DNA of 64,000 bases. Origin: Pelagomonas calceolata. Lineage: Eukaryota. This document shows, one piece after another, positions 11,436 through 22,483 of the stretch (the first letter of the stretch is position 1; every line of letters begins with the position of its first letter). The stretch covers positions 1,860,001-1,924,000 of the forward strand of contig CAKKNE010000004.1 in assembly GCA_918797485.1 (NCBI GenBank). The letters run 5' to 3'. The notes beneath the pieces were generated by a model. It saw nothing but the letters and a program-made list of their open reading frames with translations, made no database searches and was not told the origin of the DNA. The translations under genes and the position numbers were made by a program.

Positions 11436-12847
11436 ATAGGTAGCGAGAGGCGCGAGGTGGTGTCAAATCACCGCGGCGTGCTAGGCTGAGTCGCAGCAAA
11501 ATGCACCCTGGCACTGGCACCCCGGGACGGGCTTCTTACTCTCCGATATCGTCTTTATGTCAAGTTATTGCCGTTGGGCGGTCCTGTGCAGCTGCAGGAG
11601 ATTAAGTATCTTTGGCATTGTCACGGTTATGTCACGGTATCCGGGATCATGCCAGCGATCCTGAGACGTTCAAGTTTCCAACTTTGAAGCACACTGGCAA
11701 CTCGCACTACTTGTATTACCTACTTAGCCTACTTCCTATCCGAATGGCAGTGGGAGATAAAGGAACATTTGTAACATTCAAGTTTAACTTTTCAACCATG
11801 TGGCCAGATACAGCTGCTAAGATACTGATCGTAGCTGCTAGACATAAGTCAGCACTATATTGGTTCGGAACAGCCCCCCTGGGGGGCCCATCATAAAGCT
11901 CCTCTTGCAAACAGAGGGCTGTTGAGGCCTCTGGCTCTACCAACACCGTGACGCCAGGTGTCGCCGCGGCGGGGATCATAACAACCCCGGGCCCATTACG
12001 CCGGGCTTCGAAGCCTGAGGGGAACTAGTAGAAATCCTGGCCTCGGGCCCACACCTTCAGGTAAATTGCAAAGCCCGTTTGGCAGCCTGAGTGCCAGAGC
12101 AAAGTTGAACTATGCTATCATACCAAGTTTAGCTCGTCAGCAGATGATCACTCACATTGATCTGCGACTCGGACAGGTCGAACAGGACCGTGACGTACTT
12201 ATCTGGGGACCAAAGCCCAGCATAGGGATACTAGTCCCATGCTCCCTGGCTGCCAAAGGCGGCTGGGTTGAACACCCGTAGACGTAATATACAAAGATAC
12301 GTGCCTGTATCACAGCAGTAGATCACAGCAGGTAGATGAACCCAATCCGGGGTTATTAGAGACAAGTCGCCGGCCGAGGTCTCGCTCATGCATGCTACGA
12401 GGCCTGGAAGGTCGAGGACTCGGAGGAGGACTCGAAGTAAGCGCGCGGTGAAAAGTCCCTATTACGAGGCTGGTACCCGGGGCCTACGCAGTTTAGTGGC
12501 GAGCTTTAGTGGCGAGCTTAAGTGAGACTGCTGCTGTTCTAGGTAAACTCCGCACAAATATAATAGGCCTGGATCTCCAGCTCCTTGACATCTGGGCAAA
12601 AGGTTGACAGAGAGAGCGCAAGGATAACCACCGGTTTTACCGGCCAGCTCGCCAAGCAACCGACCAAGCGCGAGACCTGCGTCGAACAATTTCACATTTG
12701 CACGCCGTCGCCCACGCGCTCACACCGTCGATGTACGCGCAGGTACTACTCCGCACTAATTAGTGCGTCGTGCAAATCTCAAAATACCTACGCCTCCACT
12801 GCCTACACGCGCGTGCCGTGAGCGGGCCGAGTCACCGCAAGTCTACA

Positions 12848-14943
12848 ATGCCTACAGGCGACCGCACTAATTACAACGATCCGGAGCATGATAAGAAGCT
12901 GCGCGAACTTGGTAAGGGCGGCCTCACGCGCACTCCGGGGTGTGCTTATCCGAGCAAGGAGCAACCACCGCTACCGTACGTCCATGATGAAAATGGCAGC
13001 GAGATCACGGTGGGCGACTGGGTGCGGATCGAAGACGAAGTCTATAAAGTTCGCGCGGTGGACGTGAGCGCGATGAAGGTCGATATTGGTAATTATGACA
13101 TGGAACTGGCCACGGACTGTGTCGGCGTCGTCCGAAGCATTGATGAGCTGGCTGAGGACGGCGTGATCCCAGAAGGCGCGAAACGCGGGGGCAAACATTA
13201 TCATCAATACGAAAGAAAATTCTACGACGCGCAGCATAAGCCTCTTGCTACTCACCCCGACTACCGCTTTTCTAGTAAAGTAGTGCGCTCACGGCGCGAC
13301 TCGGTCCGCAAGAAGGATGCAGCGCGGAAACGGGATGCACGCGCGCGACAGAAGGACGAGGACGACGAGGTGGCGCCACGCGTGCTCGACGGCAGTGGGC
13401 AAATGGCCTGGCGTAAGGATGCTCGCTTGGGCGCCCGAAAGGTCGCCGCCGCCCTCAAAACATGCCCTTGCGGCTCGGGTCTTGACAGCGAGTGGTGCAA
13501 CAAGTGTGACCTGCCCGATTCGGGCAAGTCGTGGCAAAAGTTCAGCGTCGCGACGCCGCTCTACGGCGGGACGTCGGATGACTCCCACAAGGAGCTGACG
13601 GGTATGTCGCGCGAGGACTTCGCGAAGTACTTGGAGGCGTGCATGCATCCGGCGCCGCCCGACGTCAAAGCTGAGCTGCTCGGCGCGAAGCGCATGCTCT
13701 TCGGCGTGCCCGTGGGTTCGATGGAGCGCGAGCACGTGTGCCCGAAGTCGGCTTATGTGCGCTCCCTTGGAAGGAGACAGGTGATCGGCTTCGAGGCCGA
13801 CGGCACGACGCCGAACGCCGCCGCGAGGGGCGCCTACCGATTTTGCGAGTTCCAGTGGATGTACTGGCGGCAAAATGAGCGGAAGGGACGGGGCTTTAGC
13901 GACGATCTACGGCTCCTCTACGAGGAGCGTCTGTTGTGCTGCATGTCTCAGCGGTCGTTGGCCTTATACAAGGTCGACCGGCTCGACCCTCAGGTCAAGT
14001 TTTACAGCATCGGCACGATCGTCAGCAAGCTCAAGGCCTGGGGCGAGGCGCGGGCCGAGAAGCTCGAGTCCGAGGTGTTTGTCCCGATCGGCGCTCCCGT
14101 CAACTGGCTCGCGGAGGCCCGCGTCGGGATGGCGGAGGACGACCGCGAGATCAAGGCGTGGCGGCGCGGTCGCGGCGAGGACGTCGAGGACGAGGACGAG
14201 GAAGAAGCGGCGGTCAACGAGCACGACCGCCAGCGCGTGGCGCGCGAGCGGGCGGCACGCGGTGTGGAAATCAAATTGACGGCGCCCCACGCCATCGACG
14301 CGATGTAAGATGACACGTATCCACACAGGCGGAGCGGCGCGCGGCGGACCGCGCCGCGCGCGCGAAGGAGGAGCGCGAGGCGCAGCCGCGCGGCCGGGCC
14401 TTCCGCCAGGCGCTGCGCGAGCTGTCGCCGGCGGCGCCGACGCGGCGGCGGCGGCGGCTTCCCGACGGTGCGCGTGTCAGCGCGTTTTACTGGCAGTGGC
14501 GGCGCCACGTGCCGGCGACGGTCGTCGAGGTGCGCGGCGACGGCGACGTCGACGTCAAGTTCTACGACGGCGAGCGCTGCGTCGTGCCGGCGGACCTCGT
14601 GGGGTCGCTGGAGCGCGACGTGCAATATAGGCAGGGCGAAGTCGTCGAGGCGTTTTTTGCGCGGGATCGGTGCTTTTACAGGGCGACCGTCACGCGGTGC
14701 CGCGACGACCTCTACGAGGTCGCGTTCGACCACACCAGTGGCGGCGCAGTCCTGCCGTCGCAGCTTCTCCGCAAGCCGCCGCCGCCACGGCGGCCGGTGC
14801 CTCCTCCGCCGCGCCCGCGGCCACAGCCTCCTCGGGATATCCCACCACCGCCTCGTCCGCCGCCGCGGCGGTCGCAGCGGAAGGCTCCGGCGCCTCCTCC
14901 GCCTCCTCCGCGGTCCAAGCGGCGCAAGCGGGGAGGAAAGTAA
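12848..14943 (+). CDS. Two-exon protein: SH3/KOW-like N-terminus, CPCGSG-x-CxxC motif, HNH-like domain, tandem Tudor/Agenet-like domains, Pro-rich tail with basic NLS
   Basis: Exons 12848-14251 and 14329-14943. Removing introner intron 14252-14328 joins ORF 12770-14308 in frame to ORF 14509-14943 (RVARER|AERRAAD). Confidence 0.7.
14260..14328 (+). mobile_element. Degenerate introner; intron 14252-14328 (GC-AG, 77 nt)
   Basis: Ends cggtgtggaaatcaa ... tatccacacag. TSD gcggcacg/gcggagcg (6/8). Contains the in-frame stop. Confidence 0.85.
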
Positions 14944-15637
14944 GCTTTTGGTTTGGTTTTTAACAAAGACTACTCCACGACAACGGAGGCCTGCTTCAGT
15001 TCACCCGACAACTCCGTCCGGGCCCTAGCATAAATATTGTTGTGGTACTAGACAACTACATTATACCCCTCACCTCCGCGCCGACGAGTAGCCCGCCTTG
15101 CGCCGCTGCCGGTGGGCGAAAGTCGGGTTAGAGCGGGTCCGAAACGGTCCTAGTGTCGGCGGCAGTTTCGCGGCAAGGTGGGCTCGGATGGTTTTGAAAA
15201 GGTGCTCATCGGAACGCGGGGAGCGAGAGAAACGCTGCGGACGCGTGGTCCGGGGCCCGGGTTGTCGTCCGTTGTCGGGCAACGGCCTCCTTTCCACTCA
15301 TAAATCTCCCAACTATCCTAGTTATTTCAATTATATCTTGAATGCCCGGATAAAGTAGGTTCAGTGAGTCGGTGCCTATCGTAGGTACCGTAGGTACCGT
15401 AGGTATTTTCTAAGACGTGTATACTCGAAGGAAGAAGATAGGTGATTCAGCAGGTAAATTCAGCACGAATGTAGCGCGATGAATGCAGGAAGTTGCTAGT
15501 CCGTTAGCAGCGGCGCGGACTAGTCAGGCGGCTGCCAAACTTTCTCGTGTTGTGTGTCGCACCCGGGCTCAAAGGACTGCCCTGCTCCTAGTGGCTCCGA
15601 GCCCCATGCGGAAGCAGTGAAGCCAGTCCCGGGTGGC

Positions 15638-18028
15638 ATGGGGGCGGCCGCCTCGCTCGTCGAGCGCGCGTGGCGCGTCCGGCGCGGCCGCGACGACTTG
15701 CTCGTGCTGACGCGCGCCGAGGTGGCCGAGGACGAGGCGTGCCTCGCGGCCCAGCGCGCGGCGATCCGCTACTGCCGCGAGCACATCTACTACGGCGCGC
15801 CGGTCCGCGTCAGCGCGGTCCGATCGGCGGCGCACCACCTACCGACGGCGCTCGTGTCGCTCGACAGCGCGCGTGCAGCCCCCGGCGCCGCGCAGGACGG
15901 GCCCCGGGGCGGCGCGGCGGCCGTCGCTGGGTACCCTGAGGCCTGTGTCGTCTCGCCAGCCGGCGACATCGTCGTTGCGCGCCGCGGCGGCGCCCCCGGT
16001 CGCCGGGTCATCCGCGCGGCGACGCTCGCGGCGGCGACAGACCCGCCCGCGCCGCCGGTGCTACGGCCGGCGGCCGGCGGAGGCGGCGGTGCCGCGCTCG
16101 GCGTCGCGTGGGCGGCGCCCGGCGGCGCCGACGCGGCGGCGGTCGTGGACCGCTACGAGGTGCAGCACCGGGGCGCGGCCGGCGGCGGCGGCGGGGGCAC
16201 GTCGCCGGTCGGCTGGCGCGCGCTCGGTGCCGTCGAACCGCAGCGCGGCGACGCGCACGAGGCGTGGGCGCGCGGCGTGGCGCCCGGCGCGACGGTCGAG
16301 TTCCGCGCGCGCGCGCGCAACCACCGCGGCTGGTCGCAGTGGTCGCGTGCGGTGACGCTGCGCGCGGCGCCGGCACCGCCCGACGCGCCCGGACGGCCCG
16401 CCGCCGGGAACCTGCGGCCCGACGCCGTCGGCCTCTTCTGGCGCGCGCCGCGCCGCGACGGCGGCGCGCCCGTGACGCGCTACGTGCTCCGCGCGCGCCG
16501 CACGGACCCGGCCGGCGCGTGGCGCGTCGTCTACGACGGACCGCGCGCGGCGCGGCTGGTGGACGGCCTCGCCGCCGGCACGCGCTACGAGTTCAGCGTC
16601 TCGGCGGCGAACGGCGCGGGCGCGTCGGGACCCTCGCCGCCGGCGCTCGTGCGCACACCGTCGGCGCCGCGCGCCGCGGACGGCGACGCGGGGGGCTCCG
16701 CGAACGCGGCGCTGCTTCGCGAGGGCGACCACTGGCGCGAGTACTGGGACGCCGGGCGCGAGCGCGTCTTCTACTTCCACCGTGCGACCGGCGAGCGCCG
16801 GGACGACGCGCCGCCGGAGTTCGCCGCCGCCGCGGACGCGCAGGAGCGCGAGGCGCGCTTCCGCGCGCGCCGGCGCGCGCTGCGCGACGCGATCCGGGAC
16901 GTCCCGGAGCGCGGCGCGGAGCCGCTCCGCGTCCGCAGGGACCGGCTCGTCGCCGACTCGCTCGCCGCGCTGCTCCGCGCGCCGGCGTCGGCGCTGCGCC
17001 GGCGGCTGCGCGTCGAGTTCGTCGGCGAGGCCGGCGTCGACGCGGGCGGCCTCGCGCGCGACTGGTGCCTCGCGCTCTCGCGCGCGCTCGCCGACCCCGG
17101 GGCCGGCCTCTTCGCGCGGACGGCGCGCGGCGAGCTCGAGCTCGTCGCCGCGCCGGCGGGCGCGGCGGACGCGAAACGCGCGGACGCGTTCCGCGCGGTC
17201 GGGCGGCTGGTGGCGGCGGCCGTCGCCGCGCAGCTGTGCCTCGACCTCCCGCTCGCGGCGCCCGTCCTGGACGCGCTCCGCGGCGTCGGCGACGACGGCG
17301 AGGGGGGCGCCGACGACGCGGCGCTCGCCGCCGCGCTCGCCGACGTCGACGCCGTCGACGCGCCGTTCGCGCGGTCGCTGCGCTGGATCCTGGGGGCCGA
17401 CCTCGGGGCGGACGGCGGCGCGCTCGGCGAGCGCTACTTCACGGCGACGGCGCCCGGCGGCGCCGAGGTCGAGCTGCGCGCGGGCGGCGCGCGCGAGCGC
17501 GTGCACGACGGCAACAAGCGCACGTACGCGCTGCTCGTCGCGCGGTGGCGCGCGCGCGGCGCGTGCGCGATGGAGCTCGACGCGCTGCTGCGCGGCGCCG
17601 CCGAGGCCGGCCTCGCGCCCGGGGCCCTCGCGGCGTTCAGCGGGGGCGAGGTCCGCACCCTGATCTGCGGCCGCGGCGGCGGCGTCGACGTCGACGAGCT
17701 CCGCGCGCACGCGCAGTACACGGAGGACGCGCGCACGGGCTTCGGACACGACCACGTCGTCGCGCTCTGGTTCTGGCAGGCCATGGCGGACCTGGGCGCG
17801 GCGGGCGTCGCGCGCGTCCTCGCCTTCGCGACGGGCTCGGATCGCATCCCCGTCGACGGCTTCCGGCCGCCGCTCACGCTCACGCACGACGCCGCGCGCA
17901 CCGACGCGCTCCCGGTCGCGCACACGTGCTTCAACCAGATCATCCTCTCGCGCGCCTCGTCGTACGCCGCGGCGGCGCGCCAGCTCCGGTGCGCGGTCGA
18001 CAACTGCGCGTCCTTCGAGCTCTCCTAA
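15638..18028 (+). CDS. HECT E3 ubiquitin ligase with two fibronectin-III domains and a WW domain
   Basis: FN3 motifs (VEFRARARNHRGWSQWS; YEFSVSAANGAGASGPS), WW (WREYWD..RVFYFHRATGE), HECT (LRVEFVGEAGVDAGGLARDW; LPVAHTCFN with catalytic Cys). Confidence 0.9.
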   Translation: MGAAASLVERAWRVRRGRDDLLVLTRAEVAEDEACLAAQRAAIRYCREHIYYGAPVRVSAVRSAAHHLPTALVSLDSARAAPGAAQDGPRGGAAAVAGYPEACVVSPAGDIVVARRGGAPGRRVIRAATLAAATDPPAPPVLRPAAGGGGGAALGVAWAAPGGADAAAVVDRYEVQHRGAAGGGGGGTSPVGWRALGAVEPQRGDAHEAWARGVAPGATVEFRARARNHRGWSQWSRAVTLRAAPAPPDAPGRPAAGNLRPDAVGLFWRAPRRDGGAPVTRYVLRARRTDPAGAWRVVYDGPRAARLVDGLAAGTRYEFSVSAANGAGASGPSPPALVRTPSAPRAADGDAGGSANAALLREGDHWREYWDAGRERVFYFHRATGERRDDAPPEFAAAADAQEREARFRARRRALRDAIRDVPERGAEPLRVRRDRLVADSLAALLRAPASALRRRLRVEFVGEAGVDAGGLARDWCLALSRALADPGAGLFARTARGELELVAAPAGAADAKRADAFRAVGRLVAAAVAAQLCLDLPLAAPVLDALRGVGDDGEGGADDAALAAALADVDAVDAPFARSLRWILGADLGADGGALGERYFTATAPGGAEVELRAGGARERVHDGNKRTYALLVARWRARGACAMELDALLRGAAEAGLAPGALAAFSGGEVRTLICGRGGGVDVDELRAHAQYTEDARTGFGHDHVVALWFWQAMADLGAAGVARVLAFATGSDRIPVDGFRPPLTLTHDAARTDALPVAHTCFNQIILSRASSYAAAARQLRCAVDNCASFELS

Positions 18029-18173
18029 GCTAGTGTGCCCACCAACAGCCTGCCAGTGAGAGCCCGAGCCTGGGACCTCACCGTCGGAAAAGCGATTGGA
18101 AGGGCAGCGGAAGCGCCCCCCCGAAAACCCCGCACACCCACGAGACAGGGTTGTATTCTGGACCGCGGCCCGC

Positions 18174-18980
18174 CTAGCGGCCGAAGCGGCGGCCTCTCCG
18201 CCGGTACTCGTCGAGGGCGGCGTCGAGGTCGCGCTCGGCGAAGGCGGGCCAGTGCTTCTCCACGAACACCAGCTCGGCGTACGCGGCCTGCCACAGCAAG
18301 AAATTCGAGAGCCGCCGCTCGCCCGACGTCCGGACCACGAGGTCGGGCGGCGACCGCAGCAGCAGCTCGCGCTCGACCGCCGCCTCGTCGATCTCGCCGG
18401 CGGCGAGCTCGCCGCGCGCGCAGCGCGCGGCGAGCGTCCGGGCGGCGCGCGCGATCTCGCCCCGCGCGCCGTACGAGACCGCGATGTTCAGCACGAGCCG
18501 CGGGGCGGGGACGGGCGCCGTCGCCGCCTCGAGCCGGTCCAGCGCCGCCCTGGCGGCGCGCGGCAGGCGCTCCGGCGCCGTGCACAGGATCCGGCAGCGG
18601 ATGCCGCGCTCGACGCAGCGCCGCTCGACCTCGGCCGCGCGCGCGACGAACTCGCGCATGAGCGCCGCCACCTCGCCCGCGTCGCGGTCCCAGTTCTCGG
18701 TCGAGAACGCGAAGACCGTCAGCTCCGCGACGCCGCGGCCCAGGCACCAGTCGACGACCTCGCCGAGCTTGCGCGCGCCGGCCGCGTGGCCCTCGAGCCG
18801 CCGCTCGGGCCCGAACGCGCGCGCGCCGAAGCGTCGGTTGCCGTCCATGATGATGGCGACGTGCCGCGGCGGCGGCCCCGCCGCGTCGCGCGCCGCCCGC
18901 CGCCGCCGCCCGTACGCCCGCGCCGCGAGCGCCAGCAGCGCCCCGGTGCCCAGGGCGGCCGACCAGGCGGCGGAACGCAT
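18174..18980 (-). CDS. cis-prenyltransferase (UPP synthase/DHDDS family)
   Basis: PRHVAIIMDGNRR, FAFSTENW and RTSGERRLSNFLLWQ motifs. Confidence 0.95.
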   Translation of the reverse strand: MRSAAWSAALGTGALLALAARAYGRRRRAARDAAGPPPRHVAIIMDGNRRFGARAFGPERRLEGHAAGARKLGEVVDWCLGRGVAELTVFAFSTENWDRDAGEVAALMREFVARAAEVERRCVERGIRCRILCTAPERLPRAARAALDRLEAATAPVPAPRLVLNIAVSYGARGEIARAARTLAARCARGELAAGEIDEAAVERELLLRSPPDLVVRTSGERRLSNFLLWQAAYAELVFVEKHWPAFAERDLDAALDEYRRRGRRFGR

Positions 18981-19154
18981 GCGGCCGAGGAATTCGTTAT
19001 TTGGAGCTATGCTGCTTCATTCAGCATAAGAAGACGTAGTCTGTTCCTGACCCGCTATAACTACTTCCTCCAACAATAATCGCCGTCCTCCTAGCCTAAC
19101 AACCCCACTTGGCTCTATCCCTATCCCTAGGCATTTCCCCGTAATAGCCTGTAA

Positions 19155-19263
19155 CGCGGGTTTCTACGTCGACAGCGTTTGGCCTGTAATTGCAAGCGAA
19201 GATAAATCACTTGCGATTGAGCCCCGAGCCTCAGAGCTCGCGGGTTTCTACGTCGACAGCGTT
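19155..19263. repeat. Dispersed intergenic motif CGCGGGTTTCTACGTCGACAGC (two copies here; also 21512-21581 and reversed at 42701-42722)
   Basis: Near-identical sequence. 19199-19263 and 21512-21581 share about 65-70 bp. Confidence 0.85.
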
Positions 19264-19299
19264 ATTGCAAGCGACATAAATCTATATCCCTCCCACAGT

Positions 19300-20235
19300 A
19301 TGCGCGTCGCCTGGGTTTGCGCCGCCGCGGTTGCCGCGGCGTTAGACCCGAACGTCCTGGAGGCCTTCCGCAGCGGCGACGCGGACCACGACGCCCGCCT
19401 GGACCCCGACGAGTTCGAGGCCGCGCTGGCGAGCCTCTACGTGGCGCGGGCGAGGACGGGCGCGATCGCGCCGCCCGCGCCCGCGGCGCCGCGCAAAGGC
19501 GCCGCCGCCGCCGGCGACGCGACGCCGGCGGGCGGCGCCGGCTTCGCGCGCGCGTTCGTGAACTCCATGGGCATGATCTGGGCGACGGAGGTCGGCGACA
19601 AGACGTTCTTCATCGCGGCGATCCTGGCGATGCGCCACGCGCGGCTCGTCGTCTTCGCCGGCGCGCTCGGCGCGCTCGCGGTGATGACGGTGCTGTCGGC
19701 GCTGCTGGGCCTCGCGCTGCCGTCCCTCCTGCCGCGGACCTACACGCACTACGCGAGCGCGGGCCTCTTCCTCTACTTCGGGCTGCGGCTGCTGCGGGAC
19801 GCGCGGAGCATGGAGACGGGGACCGTGTCCGAGGAGCTCGAGGAGGTCGAGGAGGAGCTGGGCGTGGGCGCGGGCAAGAAGCAGGACGCGCCCGGCGACG
19901 CCGAGGCGGGCGGCGCCGCGGCGCCGCGCCCCCCCGGGGCCGGCGACGGCAAGGGCGAGGCGCTCCGCGTGCTCTCGCAGGCGTTCGCGCTCACCTTCCT
20001 GGCGGAGTGGGGCGACCGGTCGCAGATCGCGACGATCGCGCTCGCGGCGGCGAAGGACCCGTACGGCGTCGTCGCCGGGGGCGTCGTGGGCCACGCCATG
20101 TGCACGGGCCTCGCGGTCGTGGGCGGCCGCATGCTCGCGGCGCGCATCAGCGAGAAGCACGTCGCCGTCTGCGGCGGCCTGATCTTCCTGGGGTTCGCGG
20201 TCTACAGCTTCCTCGTCGAGGACCCCCAGGCGTAA
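19300..20235 (+). CDS. TMEM165: GDT1/TMEM165 (UPF0016) Ca2+/Mn2+ transporter with N-terminal EF-hand-like motif
   Basis: EVGDKTFF and EWGDRSQ repeats. DADHDARLDPDEF EF-hand-like loop after the signal peptide. Confidence 0.93.
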   Translation: MRVAWVCAAAVAAALDPNVLEAFRSGDADHDARLDPDEFEAALASLYVARARTGAIAPPAPAAPRKGAAAAGDATPAGGAGFARAFVNSMGMIWATEVGDKTFFIAAILAMRHARLVVFAGALGALAVMTVLSALLGLALPSLLPRTYTHYASAGLFLYFGLRLLRDARSMETGTVSEELEEVEEELGVGAGKKQDAPGDAEAGGAAAPRPPGAGDGKGEALRVLSQAFALTFLAEWGDRSQIATIALAAAKDPYGVVAGGVVGHAMCTGLAVVGGRMLAARISEKHVAVCGGLIFLGFAVYSFLVEDPQA

Positions 20236-20462
20236 GGGAGCGACACACCACTCTAAAACGGGCCCGGCCCGGGGGGGTTTTCGTCCCTGTCCCTAGCATA
20301 AGCATTCTAGCATAAGCATCTCCGACTCAGGCTCGGAGTCCGAGTCCCTCCCGGCCCCACTCTAAATGCACTAGTACGGCTCCAGGAAGTGCTCCAGGAC
20401 CCGGCCTTCGCCCCTCCTCCCCGGCGCGTAGGGCGTAAAAATTACCGGGGCGGTGGGCCGGC

Positions 20463-21170
20463 CTAGATGCCGTCGCCGTCGACGCCCTCGAGCTCCTTGC
20501 CCCAGTCCACGCGGTTCCACATCTGGTCGTAGCCGACCATGAGCGTCGTCTTGAAGACCGAGTCCGTCGCGGCGATGAGCGAGCCGACGCCCGCGCTGCC
20601 GACGATCGCGCCCGACACGACCATGGTGTTGACGAACGCGACGGCGCGCCAGATCAAGGCCTTGGCGATGCTCCGCGAGAGGCTCTCGCCGCCCGCGCCG
20701 CGGCCGGCCTTGACGCGGTTGAAGAGCCGCTCGCCGACGAACATCGTGCCCGCCTTCGAGAGGAAGTCCGAGGCCACGATCGCGAGCGCCGTCGCGAGGC
20801 GGCGCGTGAAGTACATGGACGAGCAAAACGTGACGAAGCCCGCCGTCACGCGCCAGCCGAACGCCTTGACCAGCGACCGGCCGGCCGTCTCGCGGAACGC
20901 GCGGGGCGCCGCCGCCGGGCCCGCCTGCAGCTCCCGCAGCGCGCTCCGGTCCGCGGCGACCGCCGCGCGCAGCTGCGCGAGCTCCGCCTCGAGCGCGCTG
21001 ATCTGCTCCTCGCGCGTCGCGATGCGCGCGCGCGCGATCGCCGGCGTCACGGCCAGCAGCGCCGGCGCCGCGCGCCGCGCGCGGCAGCGCCGCGGCGGCG
21101 CGAGGCCGCGCGCCGCGCGGAGCAGGCACGACACCGCCAGGAGGCGGCGCATCGCGGCTAGGCGGCGCAT
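20463..21170 (-). CDS. Probable plastid protein with two DUF2061-like membrane repeats
   Basis: ETAGRSLVKAFGWR...ERLFNRV and ESLSRSIAKALIWR...DQMWNRVDWG repeats, signal-like N-terminus. Start ATG duplicated by an 18-bp tandem (21170 or 21152). Confidence 0.7.
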   Translation of the reverse strand: MRRLAAMRRLLAVSCLLRAARGLAPPRRCRARRAAPALLAVTPAIARARIATREEQISALEAELAQLRAAVAADRSALRELQAGPAAAPRAFRETAGRSLVKAFGWRVTAGFVTFCSSMYFTRRLATALAIVASDFLSKAGTMFVGERLFNRVKAGRGAGGESLSRSIAKALIWRAVAFVNTMVVSGAIVGSAGVGSLIAATDSVFKTTLMVGYDQMWNRVDWGKELEGVDGDGI

Positions 21171-21617
21171 CGCGGCTAGGCCCCGTTGCCAAGGGCGACA
21201 AACGAGCGACAAGGTCCGCTCAACCGCCCCTCGTGAGAAGCGGCGAGGCAAGTTGCTGAGGCACAGTGCTTGCACAACTAACTCTCGGGAGCCCGGGGGA
21301 AAGGCGACGCTCGACAAAAAGCTTGAGTGAGCTAGTGTCTTACCTGTTATGTGGGAGGGGGGGGTGGGGACCGAACTATAAGTACCTGCCACTTGCAGTG
21401 TGCCCGCGTGTCGTGCCTAGTTCGCGCCTTTTCGCGAAACGCCGACGAGGAGACGCTGTTTGGAGCAACCTCCTGAATGAGCACTAAGGCTGTGGAGTCT
21501 AAGACAAGCTAAAGATAAATCACTAGCGATTGATTGAGCCCCGAGCCTCCAGAGCTCGCGGGTTTCTACGTCGGCAGCGTTTTTGCTTGCATACAAAACT
21601 GCTGCAAGGGCTCGCTG

Positions 21618-22483
21618 ATGCTGGCGCTGGCTGCCTTCGCGCTGTGCCTCGCGCGCGGCGAGGCGAACCGTGGGTTCGCGCTCGGGCTCCGCGCTGTGCG
21701 GACCGGGTCCCCCCCGGACGACGACGCCGTCGAGACGGCGCTGCGCGCGCACGACGCCGGCGCGCGCGGGGGCGGCGACGCCGCCGCCGCGGCGCGCGGC
21801 CTCCTCGAGCGCCTCGTCGACGGCCGCGCCGAGCTCGCGTTCCGGCGGCGCGCCGCGGCGGCGCGCGACGCGGCGGCGGCCGAGCTCGCGGCGGCGGCGG
21901 CCGGCGCCGACGCGTTCGCGCTGCGAGCGGCGGCCGCCCGGCGCTTCGCCGCCGGCGCCGCGGCGCCGCGCCCGGGCGGCGGCTGGTCCGCCGCGGCCGA
22001 GCGCGAGGCGCTGGCGGCCGCGGCCGACGCGCTCGCCGCGCCGCGGGCCGAGGCCGCGGGGCTCCAGTCCTCCGCCGCCGAGGCGCAGGGCCGCGTTTTA
22101 ACCGGCGTCCCGTATTCATGTCGCGGCGATGGCGTACACGCCGACGCCGTCGCGCGGCGCGCGGTCTCGCGTCGGCGCGGTGAGAGAAAGGACCGCCGGA
22201 CACCCCACACTATAAAAACCCAACGCAGGTCCTCGCGCTGTACCAGGCGCTCCAGTCCGAGGTGCAGCAGCTGCAGCAGCGGTCGTACGCGCCGCCGCCA
22301 CCGCTGAACGCGGGCTTCGCCTACCGCGTCCGCGACAGCGACGTGAACGTGTCCGGCGGCTTCTCGCAGGGCCGCGGCCAGCTCCAGGTCTCGGCCGTCG
22401 ACGACGACACGCTCATGGAGGGCGACCCGGCGCTCGTGACCGCGCCCTCCCACGGCCACGTCGGCGTGTCCGTCGTCCTCTGA
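21618..22483 (+). CDS. Hypothetical secreted/plastid protein, two exons
   Basis: Signal-like MLALAAFALCLARG. Predicted intron 22083-22228 joins in frame to VLALYQALQSEVQQLQQ...VSVVL*. Host-like GC3. Confidence 0.6.
22091..22228 (+). mobile_element. Highly degenerate introner-like intron (22083-22228, GC-AG, 146 nt)
   Basis: Ends ccgcgtttt ... aaaacccaacgcag. Donor lies 8 nt before the element start, matching family geometry. TSD no longer recognisable. Confidence 0.55.

Noticed and set aside
11612..12440. Short ORFs faintly reminiscent of Copia pol (EELYDGPPRG)
   Set aside because: Too little motif support. Probably TE debris, but it cannot be called.
12677..12742. Possible twelfth introner in the 5'UTR of the HNH-Tudor gene (ctgcgtcgaa...tacgcgcag)
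   Set aside because: TIR match is weak, there is no TSD, and no reading frame is available to test splicing.
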